A stretch of DNA of 64,000 nt from positions 8,738-72,737 of the IMG/VR virus record IMGVR_UViG_3300011008_000040, one strand, 5' to 3'. Each line of letters opens with the position of its first letter. Position 1 is the first letter of the stretch. Of the stretch, positions 47,384 through 56,570 are shown piece after piece. The DNA comes from a virus (Duplodnaviria; Caudoviricetes). The translations under genes were made by a program, and so were the position numbers. The notes under the pieces are model-generated. The model saw nothing but the letters and a program-made list of their open reading frames with translations, was not told the DNA's origin and ran no database searches.

Positions 47384-47689
47384 TTAATAATAGATGGTGA
47401 AAATCCAATGATTGAGATTATCTGCCTCATAATACCGGTCCATAGTGCAATACTGAAGTTTCTCCAGTTCATCAGGAATGGTAGAATCAGGGTTCTTATC
47501 AATCACTGTGATCATATAACTTTTACGGTAATTGTAGAGGTCGTCATTGGCATACCATGGAATACCTCTTGCCCGCTCGTATATAATGCATGGGTATGTG
47601 AGTTTAACTGTTTCAGGAGGTTGAAAATATACACTTCTAGTACCCAGAACTGACTCCAGGAGTTTCTGCAGATTGAGCCTGCTCGCCAT
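47384..47689 (-). CDS. Tail completion/terminator protein
   Basis: VYFQPP...YPCIIY; position in the head-tail region. Confidence 0.7.
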   Translation of the reverse strand: MASRLNLQKLLESVLGTRSVYFQPPETVKLTYPCIIYERARGIPWYANDDLYNYRKSYMITVIDKNPDSTIPDELEKLQYCTMDRYYEADNLNHWIFTIYY

Positions 47690-48002
47690 TGTATACACCT
47701 CCAATCGACAGAATTAACCTCGGATACTGGACTTCGACACTTGAAACTTTCCACTTGGTTCCATTCCAATTGACGTATCTAATCCATGCTATATTCTGCG
47801 TTACGTAAGGATCAGATAGAATACTAATCTCGTTGCTAATATTAATGTTATCATTAATCTTCTGAGCAGTTTCCCACTTCCGAACAGCGCGATTAACATC
47901 TCCGTAATAAGTCCGTTCAGTTACTTGATCGATCCAAATACCAGATTCGGCAGGATACTCGACAGTCTGAACAAAACCGATCTGTCCATAAAACTTAGCC
48001 AT
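47637..48002 (-). CDS. Head-tail adaptor (head closure)
   Basis: IRYVNWNGTKWKVSSVE...RLIL; position after the capsid gene. Confidence 0.7.
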   Translation of the reverse strand: MAKFYGQIGFVQTVEYPAESGIWIDQVTERTYYGDVNRAVRKWETAQKINDNINISNEISILSDPYVTQNIAWIRYVNWNGTKWKVSSVEVQYPRLILSIGGVYNGEQAQSAETPGVSSGY

Positions 48003-48091
48003 AACGCACCTCTACAATATTGAAGGGAGCCTACCAATTAATAGACTCCCATTTTGAATTTTAGTTAATTTTCTCTAACTCTTGAGCAAAA

Positions 48092-50569
48092 TTAGGAGTG
48101 AGGCTCAAGAACAAGATTTGCAAGGCTATATACCTTGCTTACAGACACGCCGCCGACTGTTGCGGTGAGCTTAATCTTCTGAGTACGCTTGTTAACAACA
48201 CGGCCAACAGCATACATATCGGAAGTCATATCGACCGGAGCAGCTTCAGAATCCCCACCGAGCATCTGAACAGTAACAGTAGCTCCATCAGTCGCAGTAA
48301 CATCAAAGGCAATGTAGTAACCAGACTGCAGAGCAGGATTACCGGAGTAACCAGTGTATCCTGTTACATAATGCAGAGTGCCAGTAATATAGTCGTCGTG
48401 GAAGATGACATTCTCCTGCAGAGCAGAAACGAGCTTGCCATAACGAGTGGTCGTGCCATCAGTAGGCTCAACATTCAGGAATGCACTATAAGTCAGTTCG
48501 AGAGCAATAGCACTCTTCGGACGGATCATAGCACCAGAGCAACGGGTCTCAATGAGATACTTCTGAGCATTGAAGTCAATGTCGAAGTCATCGAACATAT
48601 TGACCTGACCACCCTTATCGGCGCCAACATTATAGTCATTCAGGTTAACAATGATGCCGGCCAGTTCAAAGGTCACGCCGTCTTTCTCACGCATGAGATC
48701 TTCCATCGGAGGAACAGCAACGATCTCTTTAACACGAAGAGCAGTTGCGAGTTTGTCGATGGAATCATAGATCACACGACCAGTGGTGTCTTCCATCAGC
48801 AGGCAATCATTGAGCATATCCTCAGTCGTGAACAGAGTCGGGTTGCCAGAACCACGGTACTCTTTGCGAGCCTTAACAGCAGACTTAATGAAAGCCTTTG
48901 CCTTAGCATCGTCGGTTGTGCTGTTGGTAACAGCGATCGTCTTTTTGATCGTGAAGAGATTATCATCAGTCCAAATCGGGCGAATGTTGGTTTCGCTGAT
49001 CTTGTCATTGGAAGCAGCGCTACGGCCATCGCCAACAAGAATTGCACGTGCGATCTCTTCATCGAGCATCATGCGCATCTCGCTCTTCAGCCATGCGACA
49101 ACATCGAAATCGGTAATATCGATCTGATCGTCGCGATCAATCTTCTGCTTCTTATAGATAGTCGTCGGGGTTGTTGTACGCTTCAGAATATTGAAGACTT
49201 CCTCAACTTTTGCATTGCCCTTAACATAGCCCTTTGCGCGAGCATCGGCCTCAGTCAGGTCAGCGTTCAGGCTCTTAATACGAGAGAACGGGGTCTTGTG
49301 AACACCATTCAGAACTTTGCCAACCCATTCATCAGGATCGCGATAGAATCCCGGAGTCTGGGTAACAGCTTTTGCTTCGGGGAACAGATAATCGATATCT
49401 TCAATGCCGTGAGCAAGAACAGCCTCTTTCAGGCTTCCGCAACGACGGGCATCGCTAAAGATTTCTGCCATTTCGGAATGAGAAAGAACGGTCACATCAT
49501 TCTTCTCTTCAGTTTCAAATACGTTGTGCTTCATTTCTTCTCCTTCGGGCGCCTTGCCCTCATCATTATTAGATTTCTTTGCTTTCTTGGCTTTGGCATC
49601 TTCAATGGCCTGACCAATCAAAGCATAAACAACATTTCTCTGTTTCTCAGACAGAGTATCAAGGACATCTTTGACGGTTTCACCATCTTCTTCGTCCTCA
49701 TTTTCATTATCGGCATGCTCAATTTCGGAATGCTCTACTTCTTTGCCTTCATTTTCAACATCTTCAATTGCCTGACCAATAAGAGCATAGACTACTTTCT
49801 TCTGCTTCTCGGTCAAAGTATTGAAAACGTCAGCAACAGTTTCGCCGTCATCCACTTCGGCTTCGACTTCAACAATCTCGCCAGCTTTTACAGCATGCTC
49901 AACTACTTCTTCCTGCTTGGGCTGTTTCTTTGCGTTTGCAGTCTGCTTTTTAGGTGCAGGAGCAGGTTCCGGCTCAGCTTTAACTTCTTCAACCGGTTCC
50001 TGTTTCGGCTCTTCAACAGGCTGTGCTTCAGGCTCAGGCGCAGGTGCAGGTTCTGGAGCAGGACCAGATACTGGTACTACCGGCTTTTCATCCGGATCGA
50101 TAATCGTATGCTCAAGGCAAAGCTCATCTTCACCATGATAGATAATGCCAGAATCCTCAAGAATCTCACCATGCTCCATAACAGCATCGATAAAAGCTCC
50201 CGGATTAGCACCGGCAAGGACAAGACTCACTTCACGAATCGTGCCATGAACAACATCATTGCCATACTGCTTCAGCTTGTTTGCGTAGATAGACAGAGAA
50301 GTTACATCGCCATGCTGTACAATCTGTTTAGCATTTACGCCTGCCGGTGTACTATTGAACGAGCAGTAAGCGTAAACACCTTCATCCCGATTCTCAAGCA
50401 AAGCATGCCCAAGAACGTTCATAGGATCGTTGTGATCGTGATTCCAGACCAGCGGAACCGTCTGTCCGTCATTGTGCTTAAATGCATCTTTACGGATCGT
50501 ACGTCCATCAGAGCACTTAAGATCATTTCTGGTTGCCCAGCCGCTAAAATCATAAGTAACTCTACTCAT
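48092..50569 (-). CDS. Prohead protease-scaffold-major capsid fusion (HK97-type) with a C-terminal accessory domain
   Basis: N-terminal FSGWA...SLSI...EVSLVLAGANPGA; acidic Pro-rich linker; capsid region; follows the portal gene. Confidence 0.88.
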   Translation of the reverse strand: MSRVTYDFSGWATRNDLKCSDGRTIRKDAFKHNDGQTVPLVWNHDHNDPMNVLGHALLENRDEGVYAYCSFNSTPAGVNAKQIVQHGDVTSLSIYANKLKQYGNDVVHGTIREVSLVLAGANPGAFIDAVMEHGEILEDSGIIYHGEDELCLEHTIIDPDEKPVVPVSGPAPEPAPAPEPEAQPVEEPKQEPVEEVKAEPEPAPAPKKQTANAKKQPKQEEVVEHAVKAGEIVEVEAEVDDGETVADVFNTLTEKQKKVVYALIGQAIEDVENEGKEVEHSEIEHADNENEDEEDGETVKDVLDTLSEKQRNVVYALIGQAIEDAKAKKAKKSNNDEGKAPEGEEMKHNVFETEEKNDVTVLSHSEMAEIFSDARRCGSLKEAVLAHGIEDIDYLFPEAKAVTQTPGFYRDPDEWVGKVLNGVHKTPFSRIKSLNADLTEADARAKGYVKGNAKVEEVFNILKRTTTPTTIYKKQKIDRDDQIDITDFDVVAWLKSEMRMMLDEEIARAILVGDGRSAASNDKISETNIRPIWTDDNLFTIKKTIAVTNSTTDDAKAKAFIKSAVKARKEYRGSGNPTLFTTEDMLNDCLLMEDTTGRVIYDSIDKLATALRVKEIVAVPPMEDLMREKDGVTFELAGIIVNLNDYNVGADKGGQVNMFDDFDIDFNAQKYLIETRCSGAMIRPKSAIALELTYSAFLNVEPTDGTTTRYGKLVSALQENVIFHDDYITGTLHYVTGYTGYSGNPALQSGYYIAFDVTATDGATVTVQMLGGDSEAAPVDMTSDMYAVGRVVNKRTQKIKLTATVGGVSVSKVYSLANLVLEPHS

Positions 50570-50703
50570 TTTGATTTTTTACCTCATAAAAAGTAATTTT
50601 ATATAAACCTTAGATCATTCGACTTAATTTCAATTCTAATCACAGCTTCGGAATACGGACTTAATCTCTTATTCCATATGCAATTCTAAATTGCCGTTCG
50701 GTC

Positions 50704-51957
50704 TCACTGGTCTGGAAAGTTTATACTATCTTCATTATCAGAATCCTGACTCCTTGTAGTAGCGAACTCTTGCCCTTGCTGTGCATTAAGATTCTTATTC
50801 CTGAGTTCATCGGCCTTCGCGTCATCAACAGGCTTCATGCCGACAACCTGCCTAATTTCATTCGAAGACATGATCTCATTCCTTGTAAACTTATCAGCAA
50901 TTTCAGCAAGTTGAGCCACCGGAACAAGTCTGAACGGATCTCTGAAGAAAACAATAGACTGCCCTCTTGTACGAGCAGTCTTAGTCAGAAACTTACGTTT
51001 CATTTCATCAACAATAGCCGCCATAATCGGCTCAATTGTTCGATTGTAATAGTTGAGCATTACCTGCTCAGTTGCGGTTCCTTCTAGAATTTCTTTAGTA
51101 ATACCAAGCTGGCTATAAAGCATATTAGTCAAATATTCAATCTGATTCATCAGATTGTTATCTACAGACCTGTTAAGCTGAGTAATATGCTCAGTATTGT
51201 CTATATACGCAATTCCATACTTTGTATTAGCCAGCTGCATTTCAATGTTTTTACGACGTTCTTCTGCCTGCAATCTTCTAGCATCAGATTTAACAACATA
51301 AGGAAGCTGAATGATGAGATCCAATTTCCCGGACCCGCTCTGTTCGTCGATAGCGTCCAAAAGATTCAGTTTCCTTATAAGTCTCTGAAGAGTTGAGTTA
51401 GGCTCATTCATAATTGCATACAAGGGGTTCTCAACAATTGAGACCATATTTTTCAGAAGAGTTACTTCCTCAAAATTCCCTGTTCGCTCATTGTATAACC
51501 TTACTCTAACATGATTTGGATACCACTGAACAATCTTTCCAGCCTTCATTGTTCGAATCTCATATGCTTCTGACAACAATGGATTGAACGTCGTATCAAC
51601 AGGTACAATAGCAACGCAACCTTCATCAAACATTGACATCACAATGTCCTGCATTAATGCTCGACCTGTCTGATCGATATTTGCTTCGACATTAAGACAA
51701 TTATTTAAGCCAGATTGTATTACCTCAACAAAACGACCATTCTCATCCAACTTAACATGTTGGACAGTAATGGCCGCACAGTCTACTGAAATTCTATTGT
51801 AAATAGCAGTTACTATCGAACGCTCGTTTCCTCTTGTTAATCGGATTCGATCAGGTCGATATGAAGAAACCATTCCAAGATCTCGATACTCATAAGGAGG
51901 ATCTCGATTCATAAATGCATTCCAGGCATTTTTCAGCCTGTCAGTTAAAACTGGCAT
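50704..51957 (-). CDS. Portal protein (HK97 family)
   Basis: 417 aa upstream of the protease; SSNEIRQVVGMKP. Confidence 0.88.
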   Translation of the reverse strand: MPVLTDRLKNAWNAFMNRDPPYEYRDLGMVSSYRPDRIRLTRGNERSIVTAIYNRISVDCAAITVQHVKLDENGRFVEVIQSGLNNCLNVEANIDQTGRALMQDIVMSMFDEGCVAIVPVDTTFNPLLSEAYEIRTMKAGKIVQWYPNHVRVRLYNERTGNFEEVTLLKNMVSIVENPLYAIMNEPNSTLQRLIRKLNLLDAIDEQSGSGKLDLIIQLPYVVKSDARRLQAEERRKNIEMQLANTKYGIAYIDNTEHITQLNRSVDNNLMNQIEYLTNMLYSQLGITKEILEGTATEQVMLNYYNRTIEPIMAAIVDEMKRKFLTKTARTRGQSIVFFRDPFRLVPVAQLAEIADKFTRNEIMSSNEIRQVVGMKPVDDAKADELRNKNLNAQQGQEFATTRSQDSDNEDSINFPDQ

Positions 51958-51977
51958 TTGAGGAGCACCTCCTTGTT

Positions 51978-52448
51978 TTATTTATATCTGTTCGAATAAT
52001 ACTCCGCAAATTTCTCATAATTTAAACGATCAACGTCATTTGCCCATTCAACAGCAAACTGTTCTCCATTGATCATTTTCACCTTAAAAACAGGATCATC
52101 TGGGCTATATCTATAAATGTCTACGGAACCATCTTTATAATTTTTTGATGTATGTGCTTCCACATAAGCACGACCAGCATGAAGCAATTCTGCAGCTTCC
52201 TCATAATCACTTTCTTTTATCTTGGAATAGGCAGCCATTGATGCCATCTGAGCCATCTGAGCACGACCTAATGCTGTTTTGTTAAAGTGCTTATCTAATT
52301 TATCGACCTGTTTTTTATTTTCACGAGCCTGCCTTTTCTCTTCTCTGACGCGCCCAGCAGCAGTCCGTGTGCCATCTTCATTCTGGAAACGTCTAACGCC
52401 CCAGCGCTGACCTTTAATACCATGATGCATCAATGTTTCTTCATTCAT
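51978..52448 (-). CDS. HHGxKGQxWGVRR-motif protein (DUF7211-like) A
   Basis: MNEETLMHHGIKGQRWGVRRFQNEDGTRT. Confidence 0.75.
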   Translation of the reverse strand: MNEETLMHHGIKGQRWGVRRFQNEDGTRTAAGRVREEKRQARENKKQVDKLDKHFNKTALGRAQMAQMASMAAYSKIKESDYEEAAELLHAGRAYVEAHTSKNYKDGSVDIYRYSPDDPVFKVKMINGEQFAVEWANDVDRLNYEKFAEYYSNRYK

Positions 52449-53058
52449 CGTCGTCATCCTCACTTTGTTTTCCAGAATTCATCTGGCCTATCTTTTTCTT
52501 CTTGTTAAATGCATTATACGCCTGTATAGAAGCATCGACAGTTTCTTTTCCGGCACTTGCCTCAAGCATCTTCTTAATTGCTATCGTCGCTGCACCTTCA
52601 ACTACTTTCTCAACAACATTCTTTGACGCATTAGCAACACCATTAGCAACTCCTTCAGCTACTTTTCCAGGAGCCATCTTAACGCCTTTTTTAACGCCCT
52701 GCTGCGCCTCTTTAGCTATGCTCTGAACATAGTTATGACCTTTAACTGCAGTATTAGCAACGGACTTCAATGTCTTTGACGACATCTTAGAAATCGCAGA
52801 ATTAATAGCCTCAGAATTATTAGTATAAAGATACCCTGCAGCTGCAACGCTACCGGCAATCAATGCTGCTTTCCCTACATTCTTAAGAACTGTTTTCTGA
52901 GAAGCAGTCAAACCTTTCTTGCTAGATCCAGAACTTTCACGATTCTCTTGTTCTCTAGCTTTCCCAGCAGCTGTACGAGTTCCATCCGCATTTTGAAAAC
53001 GCCGAACGCCCCACTTCTGGCCCTTGATGCCATGATGCATCAATACTTCTTCATTCAT
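52441..53058 (-). CDS. HHGxKGQxWGVRR-motif protein B
   Basis: MNEEVLMHHGIKGQKWGVRRFQNADGTRT; central hydrophobic helix. Confidence 0.75.
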   Translation of the reverse strand: MNEEVLMHHGIKGQKWGVRRFQNADGTRTAAGKAREQENRESSGSSKKGLTASQKTVLKNVGKAALIAGSVAAAGYLYTNNSEAINSAISKMSSKTLKSVANTAVKGHNYVQSIAKEAQQGVKKGVKMAPGKVAEGVANGVANASKNVVEKVVEGAATIAIKKMLEASAGKETVDASIQAYNAFNKKKKIGQMNSGKQSEDDDDE

Positions 53059-53069
53059 AACATACTCTC

Positions 53070-53504
53070 CTAACCAAGTCTTGATGCCACTCTTCTGAAC
53101 TCATTGATCTTCGCTCTATTTTCTAAAGCATACTCATCAACTTCAAGCTCAGTTGCTGTAAACGTGATCTTAGGATCAACAGTAGCATTGAGTCTCCACT
53201 CAAGCTCAGCAGCATTTTGCTTCATAGCATCAATAGCTGCAGAACTCTGAGGCGGATCGAAGAACAGCTTAACTTTTAAGAAAATATAGGTTTTAATACC
53301 AGCAAGATCTGTTGCGCTTCCAACAAAGTCAGACCAAACTGCTGTCTTATCTGATATCGAAAATGGAGTGGAAGGACCTACCCCAAGCTGATATAGGATC
53401 ATGAAGACTGTGTTGATATGCATCAGAACATCAGCATCAAAGAATGTATAACTTTCATCGATTCCAAGAAGTTTCTTAATCGATGTCAAAATTGATTCTG
53501 ACAT
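53070..53504 (-). CDS. Conserved head-region protein (head-tail connector-like)
   Basis: MSESILTSIKKLLGI...LKVKLFFDPP; GGAGG RBS. Confidence 0.65.
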   Translation of the reverse strand: MSESILTSIKKLLGIDESYTFFDADVLMHINTVFMILYQLGVGPSTPFSISDKTAVWSDFVGSATDLAGIKTYIFLKVKLFFDPPQSSAAIDAMKQNAAELEWRLNATVDPKITFTATELEVDEYALENRAKINEFRRVASRLG

Positions 53505-53568
53505 GTTGGAACCTCCATAAAACAAAAAGAGCCTGCCGTTAAGCAGACTCAAAAATACAAATACTTAA

Positions 53569-53766
53569 TTATTCTGTTTTCCACAGAATTTCTTCGCAGA
53601 TCTTTCCTCGTTCATTTGGTTCATAATTTTTATCTAAACCACGCAAAGTAAGTTCATCACCTACGGCAAGCATGATATCGCAAATGTCATCATCGGAAAG
53701 ATTGTCAAAATCAACTTTCAAGCCAATATCCTTTATCAACTCTTTTTGCTTTTCTGTGAAAACCAT
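53569..53766 (-). CDS. Putative immunity protein
   Basis: 65 aa, acidic, GLDKNYEPNERG..CE; directly after the toxin-like ORF. Confidence 0.5.
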   Translation of the reverse strand: MVFTEKQKELIKDIGLKVDFDNLSDDDICDIMLAVGDELTLRGLDKNYEPNERGKICEEILWKTE

Positions 53767-53782
53767 AGATGATTCTCCTTTC

Positions 53783-54202
53783 TTACTTTGATAGTTTTTC
53801 AGCAAGCTTAGAATGTGTTGGCCATACCGTTGTAATTACTCCATTATCTGGATTCACTGCAACGGTTGCTTTCTTTCCTATATATTGCTGGCTTGGCTCT
53901 CCCTGATCATTATACCTAACAGGTTTTATCCTAAGTGGATTTCTAAGAGCATTTACAATACTGCCATACTCCACTTTTCTCTCAGGAAGTTTTGACTGCT
54001 TATACGCATGCTCTGAAAATCTGGTAACCTTCGTGCCATTCTTAGTAGTGATAGACCCGCCTTCAACTATCTCATAAAACCGTTTCTTGGTATAATGACC
54101 TAATTCTTCTGGCGTTCGTCTTACTCCCCATTTCTGACCTTTAATACCATGATGAACCAAAACATCTGAGTTGTCAACTACTTTTCTTTTAACTACTACC
54201 AT
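53783..54202 (-). CDS. HHGxKGQxWGVRR-motif protein C with a putative RNase toxin C-terminus
   Basis: SEHA...ALRNPL...SQQYIGKKATVAVNPDNGVITTVWPT. Confidence 0.55.
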   Translation of the reverse strand: MVVVKRKVVDNSDVLVHHGIKGQKWGVRRTPEELGHYTKKRFYEIVEGGSITTKNGTKVTRFSEHAYKQSKLPERKVEYGSIVNALRNPLRIKPVRYNDQGEPSQQYIGKKATVAVNPDNGVITTVWPTHSKLAEKLSK

Positions 54203-54221
54203 TTTGAATTCCTCCGGCAAA

Positions 54222-55982
54222 TCAGTCAAACGAGTCCTTATTCAGCTTGTAAGCAACAAAGGCATCCAGCAAAGCAGCAACATTATCAATCTTCTCGCTA
54301 TGTCTCTTCTTGGATAGTTTGCGATTTCCGTTCGTATCCTGAATAGCAATAGCATTTCCCATCGCATATGTCATTAACTGCTCATCAAATACCAAAAGCC
54401 TGTCCTCTGCAAGCTTCTTCAGCTCACCAAGAGGAACAGACTCTGTCTTTGCTCCCTGTATTACCTTTTCAATACCATAAGCACCATTCTCAGTTTCCCA
54501 TCGTTCAACAAATGAACGGGCATTATACGGGTCAAACCCAAAACAACGAACGTCATACTGAGACTGAGCAATAAATGCATCCAGATCATCGTATACTTCC
54601 ATCAAATCCAAGATAGATCCTTCAAGAACTCGAAGACTCCCCTCTTTAATGAAGTCTTCATACTTTGTTCTAGTCGCCAACTGAAGCCGGCTGAATGTCA
54701 AAGACGAAATGTAGCTTCTGGCTTTAACTCCAAATCGACCTTTACTAAGTGGAAACAAAAATGTGAATGCGCAAAAGTCATCGCCCTGAGATAAGTCGGC
54801 GCCCATAGCGCATGGCAAATTCCAAAAGTCGCATCTCGAATGAGGAAGCGTTTCTTCATAAGTAAAGAAGTACGTTGATCCTTCCATCGGGATGTTAAAT
54901 CTCTTCGCTAAAATGTCATTTCGTGCAGCAGGAACCTTCTCGGCTCTTTGAACATCATTAAAGTAAGTCTCATAGCTAACGGTCTTTCCAAGATTTGGAT
55001 TAGCTTTTAACCAAATCATAGGATCTGTTTTTCCTAGCTCTATCTCATCAAGGCTATCAAGCTTATAATACCAAATCGACACATGCGGATTCAGATACTC
55101 ACCTTTCAAGATGTCCATAAGTTCCATCTTAATAGTGTCACCTATGCCATTTCGAACAGTTCCTTCTGAACTCGTAGCGACTATGATGTAGTCGTCAAGA
55201 CCACCTTTAGCAGCACCTTGAGCAATGGCATCAATCGGACTTTCTCTGATCTCGCAAGACAACCATTCATCTATCGTGGCGTACTTAACTCTCAAGCCCT
55301 GCAATTTACTAATACTCATAGGCCTGATTTCAAGCAGAGAGTTAGTAAGAAAGTTCTCAATACCATTCTTTGTACTGGCAAGCTTCTGCCTATTTGCTTT
55401 TGAACCAGTCGTATTTTGAAGTGAGCCCTCTGTTAAGAATTTATAGAACGGTCCTCGAGATCTTACAATAGCAGTTCTAATAGGAGAAAGAATCTCATCG
55501 GCCTGCTTCATTGTAGGAGCTGTCGTAATCTGATGAGTAGTCGAAGTATCGACATTCAATCCATAGTTCTGAATACAGGACCCATACATTGACTTTGCAG
55601 CAGCTCTTGGAATGATCAAATACTGAATATTGATCAGCCGTTTCTTAAACTGCTTGTTAACATACCGGCCGCCATGACCATCAGGAAATGGCTCGTACAC
55701 CGTTCTATCGACAAACTCATACCATCCATAAATTTCTTCAGCCCAAAGCTTAAATGTTTCCAAAAGATGCAGATCAGATCCGTCAGTAAGCGTCAACTCG
55801 TTTTCGCAAAACTCAATAAAACCTTCAACTGCCAAATCGTCATAGTAGTATCTAGGATCATCAATAAGAGCATCGATCCTACGCATCTCCATGGCTATAG
55901 TCTGGCATACCGGGATTTCCCCCCTCAAAACGGCCGCTCTAAACTCGCCATAATAACGTGGCGTTGCTGTGTTTGATAGCAT
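54222..55982 (-). CDS. terL: Terminase large subunit
   Basis: IPRAAAKS Walker A variant, ATIDEW, nuclease GADLSQGDD, KIDNVAALLD; start MLSNT. Confidence 0.92.
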   Translation of the reverse strand: MLSNTATPRYYGEFRAAVLRGEIPVCQTIAMEMRRIDALIDDPRYYYDDLAVEGFIEFCENELTLTDGSDLHLLETFKLWAEEIYGWYEFVDRTVYEPFPDGHGGRYVNKQFKKRLINIQYLIIPRAAAKSMYGSCIQNYGLNVDTSTTHQITTAPTMKQADEILSPIRTAIVRSRGPFYKFLTEGSLQNTTGSKANRQKLASTKNGIENFLTNSLLEIRPMSISKLQGLRVKYATIDEWLSCEIRESPIDAIAQGAAKGGLDDYIIVATSSEGTVRNGIGDTIKMELMDILKGEYLNPHVSIWYYKLDSLDEIELGKTDPMIWLKANPNLGKTVSYETYFNDVQRAEKVPAARNDILAKRFNIPMEGSTYFFTYEETLPHSRCDFWNLPCAMGADLSQGDDFCAFTFLFPLSKGRFGVKARSYISSLTFSRLQLATRTKYEDFIKEGSLRVLEGSILDLMEVYDDLDAFIAQSQYDVRCFGFDPYNARSFVERWETENGAYGIEKVIQGAKTESVPLGELKKLAEDRLLVFDEQLMTYAMGNAIAIQDTNGNRKLSKKRHSEKIDNVAALLDAFVAYKLNKDSFD

Positions 55983-55988
55983 TTCAAC

Positions 55989-56017
55989 TTGAACGACCTT
56001 TCTAAGTATGGTATGAT
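55989..56017 (+). promoter_or_regulatory. Sigma-A-type promoter of the counter-oriented moron
   Basis: TTGAAC-N17-TATGAT with an extended TG; AAGGAG RBS downstream. Confidence 0.65.
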
Positions 56018-56038
56018 AATACAAAGGAGTGTGATGCA

Positions 56039-56569
56039 ATGTATACTGTATCTGAGAAAAAGGCTCTTAAGCGACTCGGCATCCCCGATTTCCGTCATAT
56101 GACTAGCGAAAAGATTGTTGAATTCGTGAACATGACTCCGCATATGAATCCAGAAGTAGTTAAAGCAGCTATTGAGCAATTTCCTGAATTCAAAGACATG
56201 TCTATAGAAATGACAAATGCTCTGAAAGACATGGTCAATAAAGCATTTGACGCCAATAAAGAAAGCCAGCAGTATTTCTATGAATCATGCAATGGCATGT
56301 TGGAAACTCTTAGGGCTCAACTGGAAGATGAAGACATAGATGCTAATGAACGTAGCCAAATACGAGATAATATGATGCAAATCATTTCTTGGATGGCTAA
56401 AAAGGACAGCGAAAATAAGGAATTCATTGAACATGTTGCTGCATATACAGCAAAAGCAATTGTCGGAATCGCAGGTTTAGCAGTTGTCGCACTTGGAGCA
56501 GCATTCAAAGTGCCAATACAAAATCTGTTAAAGTCATCAAATGATGATGAAGACGAAGAAGATGAGTAA
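56039..56569 (+). CDS. Counter-oriented moron protein with a C-terminal transmembrane helix
   Basis: 176 aa, own promoter and RBS, acidic tail. Confidence 0.75.
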   Translation: MYTVSEKKALKRLGIPDFRHMTSEKIVEFVNMTPHMNPEVVKAAIEQFPEFKDMSIEMTNALKDMVNKAFDANKESQQYFYESCNGMLETLRAQLEDEDIDANERSQIRDNMMQIISWMAKKDSENKEFIEHVAAYTAKAIVGIAGLAVVALGAAFKVPIQNLLKSSNDDEDEEDE

Positions 56570-56570
56570 A

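Noticed and set aside
48098-50596. 832-aa + strand ORF (and others such as 46115..47161, 41131..41934, 11635..12204)
   Set aside because: Antisense shadows of the capsid, tail and tape measure genes caused by codon bias; no RBS or recognisable motifs
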